Shown here: positions 1-9,390 of the stretch, piece by piece
Numbering within the stretch: the stretch's first letter is position 1
Layout of the letters: each line of letters opens with the position of its first letter
DNA from: an uncultured Gemella sp.
GTDB taxonomy: Bacteria > Bacillota > Bacilli > Staphylococcales > Gemellaceae
Direction: 5' to 3'
Assembly: GCF_963529685.1 (NCBI RefSeq)
Contig: NZ_CAUSAI010000003.1
Coordinates: 7,989 to 71,988, forward strand
DNA length: 64,000 nucleotides
The notes under the pieces: generated by a model
Database searches by the model: none
What the model was told of the DNA's origin: nothing
What the model saw: the letters and a program-made list of their open reading frames with translations, nothing else
Position numbers and translations under genes: made by a program

Positions 1-16
1 TAACATAGATGGTCTT

Positions 17-628
17 GTGAAATTTTTACATGAAATGTATATTTCCGAAAGTTTGTTTTTATACAATGATAGTTTATCTTTTATTATTCAAGATGTGGAT
101 GTAATTTTAAATGATATTAAAATTTATCATAAAGAATTACCGATTTCATACAAATTTATAAAAAAATTACGTAGTGTATTGACTAATTCTAAAAACACTT
201 ATAAGTTTGTAGTTTTAGATCAAGAAAATAGTTTGAAATTAACTGTTGTTGATGATAAAAAGGTGAAAGCATTGATTAATGTAATTCATTCTAAGAAATA
301 CCGTTATTTAAATTTGAAATCAAAAACAAAATATATTTATTGTAATGGTGATGAAGAATTGCTTAATACAAAAACTTTTGGGACTGTTTTATATATATTT
401 GAAAGTAATAAATATAAAGATTTATACTTTAATAAACGAGAGAAGAAAAGTTATATTAAATTCTTTAATTTTTCTATAAAAGATAATTTTAAAGAATTAT
501 ATAACGAGGTTATAAAAAATAATAAGCTATCTTGTAGATGTTATGCAACAAAAGATATACTAGAGTATAGATATTATTTAAAAAATATTTTCGATAATAT
601 TGTGATATTTCGTGATTTAGAACATTAA
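17..628 (+). CDS. hypothetical protein; the frame is open to the window edge, so the 5' end may be truncated
   Basis: 612-nt ORF co-directional with the flanking + strand genes. K/N/Y-rich with no motif I recognise. No in-frame stop between nt 2 and nt 17. Confidence 0.4.
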   Translation: MKFLHEMYISESLFLYNDSLSFIIQDVDVILNDIKIYHKELPISYKFIKKLRSVLTNSKNTYKFVVLDQENSLKLTVVDDKKVKALINVIHSKKYRYLNLKSKTKYIYCNGDEELLNTKTFGTVLYIFESNKYKDLYFNKREKKSYIKFFNFSIKDNFKELYNEVIKNNKLSCRCYATKDILEYRYYLKNIFDNIVIFRDLEH

Positions 629-750
629 CTTTAAAAATAAGTATAGTTAATTAAAAAATTAACAAAATTATGGTATAATATAAGTAGTTTTTATATATAA
701 CTATGAACATACCGAATATAATAATTATGAAAATTAGGAGGGACTTCAAG

Positions 751-2037
751 TTGAACATTAACAATTTAAAAGAACAACTAGGTCAAAAAGTAACTCTTGG
801 TGCATGGATTGCTAACAAGAGAAGTAGTGGTAAAATCGCATTTTTCCAATTAAGATATGGGGCTGGCTTTATCCAAGCAATAGCTCTAAAAGAAGCATTA
901 GGTGAAGATAAGTATCAACAATTACGTCATTTACCACAAGAAACTTCATTAAAAGTAACAGGTTTAATTAAAGAAAATGATAGAGAATTATCAGGTATTG
1001 AATTAGAAATTGAAGACTTCGAAGTAATTTCTGAAGCAATCGATTATCCAATAACTCCAAAAGAACATGGAGTAGAATTTTTAGCTGATAATCGTCATAT
1101 ATGGATTCGTTCTAAAAAGCAACATGCTATTTTAACAGTTAGAAATCAGATTATCAAATCAACATATGATTTCTTTGAAAAAGAAGGCTTCTTAAAAACA
1201 GATCCGCCAATTTTAACGTCATCAGCTCCAGAAGGAACTACAGAATTATTTAATACTAAATATTTCGATGAAGAGGCGTATCTTTCACAATCTGGACAAT
1301 TGTACTTAGAAGCTACGGCGATGGCTTTTGGAAAAGTATTTTCATTTGGTCCTACATTCAGAGCTGAAAAATCTAAGACTCGTCGTCACTTAATCGAATT
1401 CTGGATGATTGAAGCTGAGATGGCTTTTTGTAATCATGATGAAAGTTTAGCTTTACAAGAAGCATTCGTAAATCATTTATTAACTGATGTACTAGAAAAA
1501 TGTCAAGAACAACTTAAAGTTCTAGGGCGTGATGTAGAAGCTTTAAACAATGCAAGAGGAGAGTTCCCTCGTATTAAATATAAAGATGCTATTAAATTAT
1601 TAAAAGAAAATGGTTTTGATGATATTGAATATGGGGATGATTTCGGTTCACCGCATGAAACTTTCATCGCTAACAGCTATAATAAACCTGTATTTATTAC
1701 ACACTGGCCGTTAGATATTAAACCGTTTTACATGATTGAAGATCCAAATGAACCTGGTGTTGTATTATGTGCTGACTTAATAGCGCCTGAAGGATATGGA
1801 GAAATTATCGGTGGTTCTCAACGTATTGATGATTACGATAAATTATTAGAAAATCTTAAAAAACATGAGCTAAATCTTGATGCATATGGTTGGTATTTAG
1901 ATTTACGTAAATATGGTTCTGTTGAGCATGCTGGATTCGGTCTTGGATTAGAAAGAACTGTTGCTTGGATTACTGGTAACGGTCATGTTCGAGAGACTGT
2001 ACCATTCCCTCGTCTTTTAAATAGACTTACACCTTAG
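751..2037 (+). CDS. asnS: asparaginyl-tRNA synthetase
   Basis: [20 protein letters not shown]-terminal OB region and class II motifs ([27 protein letters not shown]). Start moved to TTG 751, with AGGAGG at 736-741, giving about 428 aa as in Bacillus AsnS. The asnS-dnaD-nth order is conserved. Confidence 0.93.
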   Translation: MNINNLKEQLGQKVTLGAWIANKRSSGKIAFFQLRYGAGFIQAIALKEALGEDKYQQLRHLPQETSLKVTGLIKENDRELSGIELEIEDFEVISEAIDYPITPKEHGVEFLADNRHIWIRSKKQHAILTVRNQIIKSTYDFFEKEGFLKTDPPILTSSAPEGTTELFNTKYFDEEAYLSQSGQLYLEATAMAFGKVFSFGPTFRAEKSKTRRHLIEFWMIEAEMAFCNHDESLALQEAFVNHLLTDVLEKCQEQLKVLGRDVEALNNARGEFPRIKYKDAIKLLKENGFDDIEYGDDFGSPHETFIANSYNKPVFITHWPLDIKPFYMIEDPNEPGVVLCADLIAPEGYGEIIGGSQRIDDYDKLLENLKKHELNLDAYGWYLDLRKYGSVEHAGFGLGLERTVAWITGNGHVRETVPFPRLLNRLTP

Positions 2038-2047
2038 GAGTTTCAAA

Positions 2048-2569
2048 ATGATCAATATCAATGTAAAAGGTATTTTAGTTGATGCTGATTTCTTATTGAA
2101 TTATACTAGTCATAACTTATCTGGAGAAGAAGCCATATTTCTTCTTCAGATAAGTTATTTGACAAATCAAGGGAAAATACCATTTTCTACAGAATTGGTA
2201 AAAGAGCATCTTAAAATGACTGAAAAAGAAATTTTCTCAATATTAGATAATCTAATTAATAAAAAATGTATAGCTCTCTCATCAGATAGTAAGCTTAGAT
2301 TTTATATTTTCAATGATAAAGAGAACTATTATACTTTAAGAGAATTATTAAAACTTGTAGAACGTGTTACTGGAAAAATACTAACTTCAAAAGAGTTAGA
2401 TATCGTATCGTCATGGTTTGAAAAACAGTATACAAAAAAAGAAATTGATGAAGCATTAACCTTGTCTAAAAATATTAGTTATGTAAATGGAATTTTAAAT
2501 AATAAGGTTAGTAAGGAAATTGAGACAGAAAGTGGTAGTAGTTTAGGATATGACTGGTTTAACAAATAG
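2048..2569 (+). CDS. dnaD: DnaD-domain replication initiation/primosome protein (short form)
   Basis: Sits between asnS and nth as in Bacillus. C-terminal LTSKELDIVSSWFEKQYTKKEIDEAL resembles the DnaD/DnaB_2 domain. AGGAG lies 8 nt upstream of the ATG. Confidence 0.7.
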   Translation: MININVKGILVDADFLLNYTSHNLSGEEAIFLLQISYLTNQGKIPFSTELVKEHLKMTEKEIFSILDNLINKKCIALSSDSKLRFYIFNDKENYYTLRELLKLVERVTGKILTSKELDIVSSWFEKQYTKKEIDEALTLSKNISYVNGILNNKVSKEIETESGSSLGYDWFNK

Positions 2570-3194
2570 ACAAAAGAAAATAAAAGCAAAGAAAATAATG
2601 GATTACCTCGATAAAGTATTTCCTAATGTTGAATGTGAATTAGATTTTTCTAATAATTTAGAGTTGATTATTGCGGTATTATTATCTGCTCAATGTAAAG
2701 ATGAATATGTAAATAGGGCTACAGTAGGGTTATTCGAAAATTATAAAACAATTGATGACTACGCGGATGCTAAGGTTGAAGATATTGAAAAATATATTAA
2801 AACGCTAGGATTATACAAAGCTAAATCGAAAAATATTGTTGGAATGGCTAATATGTTACGTGATGTTTATAATTATGAAATACCAAAAACTAGGGAAGAA
2901 TTAGAAAAATTACCTGGTGTTGGTAGAAAAACAGCTAATGTTGTACTTGCTGTAGGTTTTAATATTCCAGCTATTGCGGTTGATACACATGTTGAACGTG
3001 TGGCTAAGATGTTTGGTCTTGCAGAAAAAAATGATAGCCCGCTTCAAGTTGAAAAATCACTGATGTCAATCTTTCCCATGGAAAGTTGGGGGAAAATTCA
3101 CCATCAATTAATACATCTTGGGCGTTACAAACTTCCTGCGAGAGGTGAGAGAACGATTGATCCTGAGTTAGAAAAATTATTATTAAAAAATTAA
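2550..3194 (+). CDS. nth: endonuclease III (HhH-GPD DNA glycosylase/AP lyase), variant lacking the 4Fe-4S cysteines
   Basis: HhH motif LPGVGRKTANVVL with the catalytic Lys, and VDTHVERV with the catalytic Asp. The C-terminal RYKLPARGERTIDPELEKLLLKN has no Cys where C-x6-C-x2-C-x5-C is expected. Confidence 0.85.
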   Translation: MTGLTNRQKKIKAKKIMDYLDKVFPNVECELDFSNNLELIIAVLLSAQCKDEYVNRATVGLFENYKTIDDYADAKVEDIEKYIKTLGLYKAKSKNIVGMANMLRDVYNYEIPKTREELEKLPGVGRKTANVVLAVGFNIPAIAVDTHVERVAKMFGLAEKNDSPLQVEKSLMSIFPMESWGKIHHQLIHLGRYKLPARGERTIDPELEKLLLKN

Positions 3195-3205
3195 AGGAGA
3201 GCAGT

Positions 3206-3658
3206 ATGTTATTAATATTTATAGCTACATGTTTTTTGATATTATTAGATCAGTTAAGTAAAAATTTCATAGTTAGGCACTTCACTTTAGGAGAGAGTAA
3301 AGAAATTATCACAAACTTCTTTAGTATCTCTTCACATAGAAATAGAGGTGCTGCTTGGGGAATTTTACAAGATAGTAGAATCTTTTTCTTAATTATTACA
3401 GTTCTTTTTATTGCAGTGTTATCTTATTATTTGTTTAAACAAAAAGAAACTTTAAATAGTTTTGATAAATTAACATTTGCATTAATATACGGTGGATCTA
3501 TTGGTAATTTTATTGATAGATTAACACGACATGAGGTTGTAGATTTCTTAGATTTTAGAATATTTGGCTATGATTTTCCTATATTTAATTTAGCTGATTG
3601 CTTTATTTGCGTAGGGGTAGTCTTCTTATTATTCAAAATTTATAGAGAAGAAGATTAG
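3206..3658 (+). CDS. lspA: lipoprotein signal peptidase II
   Basis: 150 aa with 4 predicted TM segments and the NRGAAWG and FNLAD motifs. RBS AAAGGAGA. Confidence 0.9.
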   Translation: MLLIFIATCFLILLDQLSKNFIVRHFTLGESKEIITNFFSISSHRNRGAAWGILQDSRIFFLIITVLFIAVLSYYLFKQKETLNSFDKLTFALIYGGSIGNFIDRLTRHEVVDFLDFRIFGYDFPIFNLADCFICVGVVFLLFKIYREED

Positions 3659-3730
3659 GAATTTTAAAGAGGAGACATTATGTAGAATGCCGCCTTATTA
3701 AGCTAGCTATTCTTGATATATCAGGAATAG

Positions 3731-3759
3731 TTGACAAAGTAAAGAGTTTGTATTAAAAT
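3731..3759 (+). promoter_or_regulatory. sigma-A type promoter (TTGACA-17-TAAAAT)
   Basis: TTGACA at 3731-3736, a 17-nt spacer and TAAAAT at 3754-3759, in the gap after lspA. Confidence 0.45.
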
Positions 3760-3766
3760 TAATTAT

Positions 3767-3957
3767 GAGATAAAAAGGAATATTCATCTCCTTTCACGTC
3801 TCGTTCTTAACGTAAAAAATAGACGTTAATCTAGTCGACGACATAGTAGGAACACACTATGTTCCCTGGCAGAGGGTTTATATCTGTTCACCGATCTCTA
3901 TTCGAGATATCTTCGAGTACGTGTTCATTAAAAGATGTTCATTAGAGCATCTTTTTT
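3767..3957 (+). ncRNA. candidate structured RNA of about 190 nt (sRNA or cis-regulatory leader), family unknown
   Basis: Bounded by the promoter above and an intrinsic terminator. A closing helix pairs CACGTCTCG (3795-3803) with CGAGTACGTG (3914-3923). It encloses local hairpins at 3807-3829, 3849-3865 and 3894-3908. No plausible ORF. Confidence 0.35.
3930..3957 (+). terminator. intrinsic terminator
   Basis: AAAAGATG (3930-3937) pairs with CATCTTTT (3948-3955) around a 10-nt loop, and a T-run extends to 3957. Confidence 0.6.
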
Positions 3958-3987
3958 AATTTGTTGAGTTTATGAAAGGAATGTAAG

Positions 3988-4512
3988 TTGGAACTTTTAG
4001 AAATTTTAAACGATTATAAAATAAATTTTTGTAATAGAATGTGTTGTATAGAAACAACATATAAAGAAATGAAATTTATACATGTCTATTTTTCTAAAAC
4101 GGACTTACATCATTTATTAGGTTTACATAAAATATTATCTGGGAATGCAACACAAATAATAAGAGGCATAGAAAATGGAAATATAACTAAGAATCAGATA
4201 AAAAAACATAAAAATTTTGGAATGATACGCTCTAGAATAGATAATTATAAGTTTATTCATGAAGTATTCTTTAAAAAAAATGTTGAATTATGTATTGTAG
4301 AAAAAGATATTACTTCTAATACAATGTTTCTAAATTTAATTATCTACAAGAAAAAAGGGTATGAAATTGTGGTTTTAGGGCTTAAAAAAAGCAATAAGAC
4401 CGATATTTACTATCTTGCTACATTACATAAGACTTATGAAAACAAATATCAAAACGCTCGTAAAACTAAGATTATTAATATAAAATGGTTAGGGCTGACC
4501 CAAAAGCCTTAA
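3988..4512 (+). CDS. hypothetical protein (orphan, 174 aa); the last 7 codons and the stop lie inside repeat copy 1
   Basis: TTG start with AAAGGAA upstream. No family recognised. The C-terminal LGLTQKP-stop is encoded by the repeat beginning at 4492. Confidence 0.55.
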   Translation: MELLEILNDYKINFCNRMCCIETTYKEMKFIHVYFSKTDLHHLLGLHKILSGNATQIIRGIENGNITKNQIKKHKNFGMIRSRIDNYKFIHEVFFKKNVELCIVEKDITSNTMFLNLIIYKKKGYEIVVLGLKKSNKTDIYYLATLHKTYENKYQNARKTKIINIKWLGLTQKP

Positions 4513-4617
4513 AAATCAACAAAGTTCATATAAAAATTTATAGACGCAATGGTTTATTGATATCTAATAAACTATACGGGGATGACTTAACAAAATCATT
4601 ATTTTTGGAGTCTCCCC
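4492..4617 (+). repeat. dispersed modular repeat, copy 1 (L module with an internal deletion plus a shortened H hairpin)
   Basis: GGGCTGACCCAAAAGCCTTAAAAATC...TATAGACGCAATGGTTTATTGATATCTAA...GGGGATGACTTAACAAAATC..TTTTTGGAGTCTCCCC aligns to 15461-15635. It lacks the segment between the two GATATCTAA boxes. Confidence 0.85.
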
Positions 4618-4666
4618 ATTTTTTGTTATAATATGAATTTTTATGTAATTATTAAAGGAGTTTCAA

Positions 4667-5170
4667 ATGTATTATTGCATTTATAAGAGTAAAATAGGAG
4701 TGTTATATATTATTTCTGATGGAGTCAATCTATGTGGATGCTATTTAGAAGGACAAAAAAATTTTCCTAAAGATTTATCGAATTATATCTATAATGATTC
4801 ACTTGAAATTTTAAATAAGTGTATGGTTTGGTTGGATAAGTACTTTAATGGTGAAGTACCTAATTTAGAAGATATTCCTATAAAGTTTCAAGGAACTCAA
4901 TTTCGTAAAGATGTTTGGAGTTTGATTATGAAAATACCACATGGTAAATTAGTAACATATAAATATATTTCTGAAAAAATTGCTGAGGATAGGAGACTTA
5001 AGACTATGTCCTCTCAAGCGGTTGGTGGGGCAGTTGGACATAATCCTATATTAATATTTATCCCTTGCCATAGAGTAATAGGAACAAACGGAAGTTTAAC
5101 CGGATATGCAGCAGGTATTGAAGTGAAAAAATTCCTATTAAATTTGGAAAATGATAATAATGGTTATTAA
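4667..5170 (+). CDS. ogt: methylated-DNA--protein-cysteine methyltransferase
   Basis: Active-site IPCHRVIG motif in a 167-aa protein. RBS AAAGGAG. Extended -10 TGTTATAAT at 4624-4632. Confidence 0.85.
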   Translation: MYYCIYKSKIGVLYIISDGVNLCGCYLEGQKNFPKDLSNYIYNDSLEILNKCMVWLDKYFNGEVPNLEDIPIKFQGTQFRKDVWSLIMKIPHGKLVTYKYISEKIAEDRRLKTMSSQAVGGAVGHNPILIFIPCHRVIGTNGSLTGYAAGIEVKKFLLNLENDNNGY

Positions 5171-5258
5171 TTAGATCGTTATATACCAATGAATAATAGA
5201 ACAATATTAGAAAATATGGTATAATTATTATGATTAAATTCTTTATTAGGAGAAATAA

Positions 5259-6221
5259 ATGAACAATAAAAAAATAGTATTTATGGGAACGCCAAAGTTT
5301 GCTGTTCCGGTATTAGAAATGTTAATAGAAAACTATGGAGTTGATTTAGTAATAACTCAGCCAGATAAAAAAGTAGGAAGAAAAAAAGTATTAACGCCTC
5401 CACCTGTAAAAGTAGTAGCTTTAGAAAATAATATAAAAGTGCTACAACCTGAAAAAATATCAACAGATGAGGAGACATATACTATATTAAAAGATTTAAA
5501 TCCGGATATTATTATTACGGCTGCTTATGGACAATTAGTTCCTGAAAGAATCTTAGAGATTCCACAACATAAATGTATAAACGTTCACGGTTCTTTACTA
5601 CCTAAATTACGTGGAGGAGCTCCTATTCAATATTCTATTCTTGAAGATCATGAAAAAACAGGTATTACTATCATGTATATGGTTAAAAAACTTGATGCTG
5701 GTGATATGATTTCTAAAGTAGAGGTTGATATTCTTGACAGTGATAATTATGAATCTTTACACGATAAACTTTCAATTGCCGGTCGTGATTTATTAAATGA
5801 AACTTTACCGAAAATTTTTAGTGGTGATATTGCGCCTGAAAAACAAAATGAGGAAGAAGCTACATTTGCTAGTAATATTTTAAGAGAAGATGAGAAGATT
5901 GATTGGAATACTTCAGCTAGAGATGTATTTAATAAAGTTCGTGCATTAGATCCTACGCCAGGGGCATTTACATTTTTAGATGGAAATGTACTTAAGATTT
6001 GGTCTAGTGAAGTTGTTAAATTAGATGTTGAATCAAATTTTGATAAAGCAGGAACTATTATTAGCCAAGATAAGAAAAACATTTATGTTTTATGCGGTAA
6101 TAAAACTGTATTAAAGGTTAATGAACTTCAAGTGTCTGGAAAAAAACGTATGCCTGTAGTTAATTTTCTATCAAATAAGAAAGACTATGTGGGGACAATT
6201 TTAGGTGAAGAAAATGAGTAG
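5259..6221 (+). CDS. fmt: methionyl-tRNA formyltransferase
   Basis: IVFMGTPKFAVP N-terminus, HGSLLPKLRGGAPIQ motif, 320 aa. Extended -10 TGGTATAAT at 5217-5225. Confidence 0.93.
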   Translation: MNNKKIVFMGTPKFAVPVLEMLIENYGVDLVITQPDKKVGRKKVLTPPPVKVVALENNIKVLQPEKISTDEETYTILKDLNPDIIITAAYGQLVPERILEIPQHKCINVHGSLLPKLRGGAPIQYSILEDHEKTGITIMYMVKKLDAGDMISKVEVDILDSDNYESLHDKLSIAGRDLLNETLPKIFSGDIAPEKQNEEEATFASNILREDEKIDWNTSARDVFNKVRALDPTPGAFTFLDGNVLKIWSSEVVKLDVESNFDKAGTIISQDKKNIYVLCGNKTVLKVNELQVSGKKRMPVVNFLSNKKDYVGTILGEENE

Positions 6222-7539
6222 CATTAATGCTAGAAGTCTTGCATACGAAGTATTATTTACGATCATTCAAGAAGATGGATATAGCAATATTACTTTAAAT
6301 AAATATTTTAATCAATACAAAGTTGAGGAACAAGATAAAAGATTTATAAGTGAGGTAGTATATGGTACTATTAAAAATAAATTGTATTTAGAACATATAC
6401 TTAAATCTTATTCTAAAGGAAGAGTTAAACCAAAGGTTAAAATTATTTTATTAATGAGTATTTATCAACTTCTTTATATGGATAAGACTCCAAATTTTGC
6501 TATTATTGATGAAGCTGTAAAATTAAGTAAAAAAATTGCTGGAAATATTACGGGTAAATTTGTTAATGGTATATTAAGAAATATTGAAAGAAATGCTAAA
6601 AACTTAGAATTAAAATATAAAAATGAAACTGAACAATTTTGTGTGGAAAATAGTTGTCCTAAAGAATTATTTGATATTCTAAACAAACAATATGGTAAAG
6701 AAAAAGCACAAAGTATAGTTGTTTCATTTAATCAAAAAAGTAAGAATAGTATTAGATATAATCCACTTAAAACGACAAAATCAGACTTAATAGAAAAATT
6801 GGGTAGTGCTGTTAGTGAAAGTGAAATTTGCGAGGATAGCCTTATTTTAAATAAATTAAATATTGATAATTCTTTATTTTCTAATGGTTACTATATTATT
6901 CAAGATGAGGCTAGTGCTTTAGTTGCGTCATCAATAGGGTTGCAGGTTGATAAAGAGTATAAAATATTAGATACATGTGCAGCACCTGGTGGGAAAAGTT
7001 TACATATTGCAAGCAAGTATTTTAATTCTAGTTTAGTTTCATGTGATAAATATATACATAAGCTAAAATTGATTGAAGATAATACAGCAAAACTTGGTAT
7101 TTCAAATATTGAAATAAAAGAACAAGATGCAACTATAAATAATTCTTCATTTAATGATAAATTTGATATAGTAATTTGTGATGTTCCTTGTTCAGGTATA
7201 GGGGTTATAAAAAATAAACCTGAAATTAAATATAAAATCACAAATTCACATGTAGAAGATATATCAAAACTACAATATCAAATATTAAATAATAGTAAAA
7301 AATATGTGAAAAATGATGGGATACTGATGTATTCTACTTGTACTATCGATAAGAGAGAAAATATAGAAAACATTAATAAGTTTTTAAAAGAAAATAAAAA
7401 CTTTAGATTAGAGAATATTTCTCTAAATAATAGTATAGTTAAAGCAAGAAAAAATGGTGTATTAGAAATACTACCTGATGAATATAGTTGCGATGGTTTT
7501 TTTATCGCAAAACTTAGAAAAATGGAGGCAAAATGTTAA
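6214..7539 (+). CDS. rsmB: 16S rRNA (cytosine967-C5)-methyltransferase
   Basis: N-terminal NusB-like domain and a C-terminal SAM methyltransferase domain ([21 protein letters not shown]). ATG 6214 is preferred over GTG 6205 because AGGTGA lies 5 nt upstream. Overlaps the fmt stop. Confidence 0.9.
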   Translation: MSSINARSLAYEVLFTIIQEDGYSNITLNKYFNQYKVEEQDKRFISEVVYGTIKNKLYLEHILKSYSKGRVKPKVKIILLMSIYQLLYMDKTPNFAIIDEAVKLSKKIAGNITGKFVNGILRNIERNAKNLELKYKNETEQFCVENSCPKELFDILNKQYGKEKAQSIVVSFNQKSKNSIRYNPLKTTKSDLIEKLGSAVSESEICEDSLILNKLNIDNSLFSNGYYIIQDEASALVASSIGLQVDKEYKILDTCAAPGGKSLHIASKYFNSSLVSCDKYIHKLKLIEDNTAKLGISNIEIKEQDATINNSSFNDKFDIVICDVPCSGIGVIKNKPEIKYKITNSHVEDISKLQYQILNNSKKYVKNDGILMYSTCTIDKRENIENINKFLKENKNFRLENISLNNSIVKARKNGVLEILPDEYSCDGFFIAKLRKMEAKC

Positions 7540-8666
7540 TTTCAGATTTTAAAGGTTATAAAAAGTCTAGATGGTTAAAAGATTTTGATAAAATGTCTAT
7601 ATATTCTTTAAGGTTAGATCAACTAGAAGAATATATTGTTAGTATAGGTGAAAAGAAGTTCAGAGCTAAGCAAATTTTCGATTGGTTATATAAAAAGAGA
7701 ATTACAGATTTTTCAGAAATGAAAAATGTTCCTAAGTCTTTACAAGAAAAATTAGCTGAGGAATTTGAAATCACTACTTTAAATACAATTATTAAACAAG
7801 AGTCAGCGGATGGTACTATGAAGTTTTTATTTGAACTTCAAGATAAATATACAATTGAAAGTGTACTTATGAAAAATAAATATGGGAATTCGCTTTGTGT
7901 AACTACACAAGTAGGTTGTAGAATCGGATGTACTTTCTGTGCTTCCACTTTAGGTGGACTAAAACGTAATTTAGAAGCAGGCGAAATTGTTTCTCAAGTT
8001 TTAAAAGTTCAACAAGAATTAGATAAAAGAGGCGAACGCATTTCTAGTATTGTAATTATGGGAATTGGTGAACCATTTGAAAACTATGATGAAATGATGG
8101 ACTTTATTAGAATTGTCAATAGTGATGAAAGTTTCAATATTGGTGCACGACATATCACAGTTTCTACTTCGGGAATTGTACCGAAAATTTATGATTTTGC
8201 TAATGAAAAAGTTCAAATAAATTTTGCTGTATCTTTACATGCTCCAACTAATGAGTTACGTAGTAAGATAATGCCTGTTAACAGAGCATACAATATTGAT
8301 AAACTAATGGAAGCTCTTAAATATTATCAAAAAACTACGAATCGCCGTATTACTTTTGAATATGGTTTAATGGGGCAGGTGAATGATCAAAGAGAACACG
8401 CGGAGAAGTTATCTGAGATAATTAAAGATATTAACTGTCACGTTAACTTGATTCCAATTAACTATGTACCTGAACGTAATTATGTTAGAACAAGTAAGAG
8501 TGATATTTTCGCATTCGAAAAAGTTCTTAAGAAAAATAAGGTAAATGTAACGATAAGAAGAACACAAGGTGACGATATAGATGCAGCTTGTGGGCAACTT
8601 CGTGCCAAAGAGCGTAAGGATGAGGTAAAAGGAGGAATTCCAGATGCCACTAGTATATTCGTATAA
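7533..8666 (+). CDS. rlmN: 23S rRNA/tRNA (adenine2503-C2)-methyltransferase, radical SAM
   Basis: [10 protein letters not shown] radical-SAM motif, [16 protein letters not shown]-terminus, GGAGG RBS. Overlaps the rsmB stop. Confidence 0.93.
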   Translation: MLISDFKGYKKSRWLKDFDKMSIYSLRLDQLEEYIVSIGEKKFRAKQIFDWLYKKRITDFSEMKNVPKSLQEKLAEEFEITTLNTIIKQESADGTMKFLFELQDKYTIESVLMKNKYGNSLCVTTQVGCRIGCTFCASTLGGLKRNLEAGEIVSQVLKVQQELDKRGERISSIVIMGIGEPFENYDEMMDFIRIVNSDESFNIGARHITVSTSGIVPKIYDFANEKVQINFAVSLHAPTNELRSKIMPVNRAYNIDKLMEALKYYQKTTNRRITFEYGLMGQVNDQREHAEKLSEIIKDINCHVNLIPINYVPERNYVRTSKSDIFAFEKVLKKNKVNVTIRRTQGDDIDAACGQLRAKERKDEVKGGIPDATSIFV

Positions 8667-9390
8667 TAGTAACAAGGGTAGAAAAGAAAGAAATGAAGAT
8701 GCAGTTAGTGTTAGTAAAAACAAACAAGGAGAAGTACTTGCCGTTGTTTGTGATGGTGTAGGAAGCCATAGTAAATCAGCTTATTCTAGCAATTATATTG
8801 TTTCTACATTAGAGAAGGAATGGCAAGATTTAACGTTTGCTAATTTTAATAATATGAAAAATTGGCTATGTGATAAGATTGAAAAATTAAATCTTGAGTT
8901 ATTTGAAAAATCTCAAAATAAGAATAAAAAAATGGGAACTACTATTGTGGCTGTAGCAACTTTTGATAATCAAGTAGTTGTATACAATATTGGTGATAGT
9001 AGTGCTTATGGTTTAACTAAAGATAATGAAATTGATGTTGTAACAGTTGAAGATTCTTTTGTTGGTGCTTTGATTAGTGCGGGTGCTATTACTGTTGAGG
9101 AAGCAAAAACTCATCCTGAAAGACATGTATTAACTCAAGCGTTGGCAACAAAACCAAATATAGAACTACATACATTTATTGACGATTTAAACAAGTATGA
9201 CTATTTTTTAGTTTGTTCAGATGGATTAACTAATATGATAGAAAATGAAGAAATTCAAGATATTGTACGCAATAATGAATTATCTACAGCGATTGATAAT
9301 TTAATTGATATTTGTGTAGAGCGCGGTGGAGTAGATAATATTTCAGTAGCTATAATAAATAATCTAGGGGGTGTAAACCATGATAAATAA
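8644..9390 (+). CDS. stp: PP2C-family Ser/Thr protein phosphatase
   Basis: [13 protein letters not shown] and CSDGL motifs. Lies immediately upstream of, and overlapping, the PASTA kinase gene. Confidence 0.9.
   Translation: MPLVYSYNSNKGRKERNEDAVSVSKNKQGEVLAVVCDGVGSHSKSAYSSNYIVSTLEKEWQDLTFANFNNMKNWLCDKIEKLNLELFEKSQNKNKKMGTTIVAVATFDNQVVVYNIGDSSAYGLTKDNEIDVVTVEDSFVGALISAGAITVEEAKTHPERHVLTQALATKPNIELHTFIDDLNKYDYFLVCSDGLTNMIENEEIQDIVRNNELSTAIDNLIDICVERGGVDNISVAIINNLGGVNHDK

Noticed and set aside
628-751. Possible T-box leader upstream of asnS.
   Set aside because: The gap is only about 120 nt. It contains an extended -10 promoter (TGGTATAAT) and an RBS but no T-box sequence, specifier stem or terminator.
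3860-3880. Possible PyrR-binding loop (CCCTGGCAGAGGGTT versus the consensus UCCAGAGAGGCU), given that pyrR often follows lspA-rluD in Bacilli.
   Set aside because: The match is only partial, and no pyr genes, rluD or pyrR follow; the downstream gene is an orphan.
3731-4512. Type III toxin-antitoxin (ToxIN/AbiQ-like) layout: promoter, non-coding RNA, terminator, then an ORF of about 170 aa.
   Set aside because: The RNA region contains no tandem direct repeats (ToxI-type antitoxins are arrays of 34-36 nt repeats). The protein shows no resemblance to the ToxN/AbiQ N-terminus (MKFYT..YL..D.KV) as I recall it.
7533-7593. Alternative later start for rlmN at ATG 7593 (MSIYSL..), which matches the usual RlmN N-terminus.
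   Set aside because: ATG 7533 has a strong GGAGG RBS and overlaps the rsmB stop (translational coupling), while 7593 has none. I kept the longer form but the start remains uncertain.
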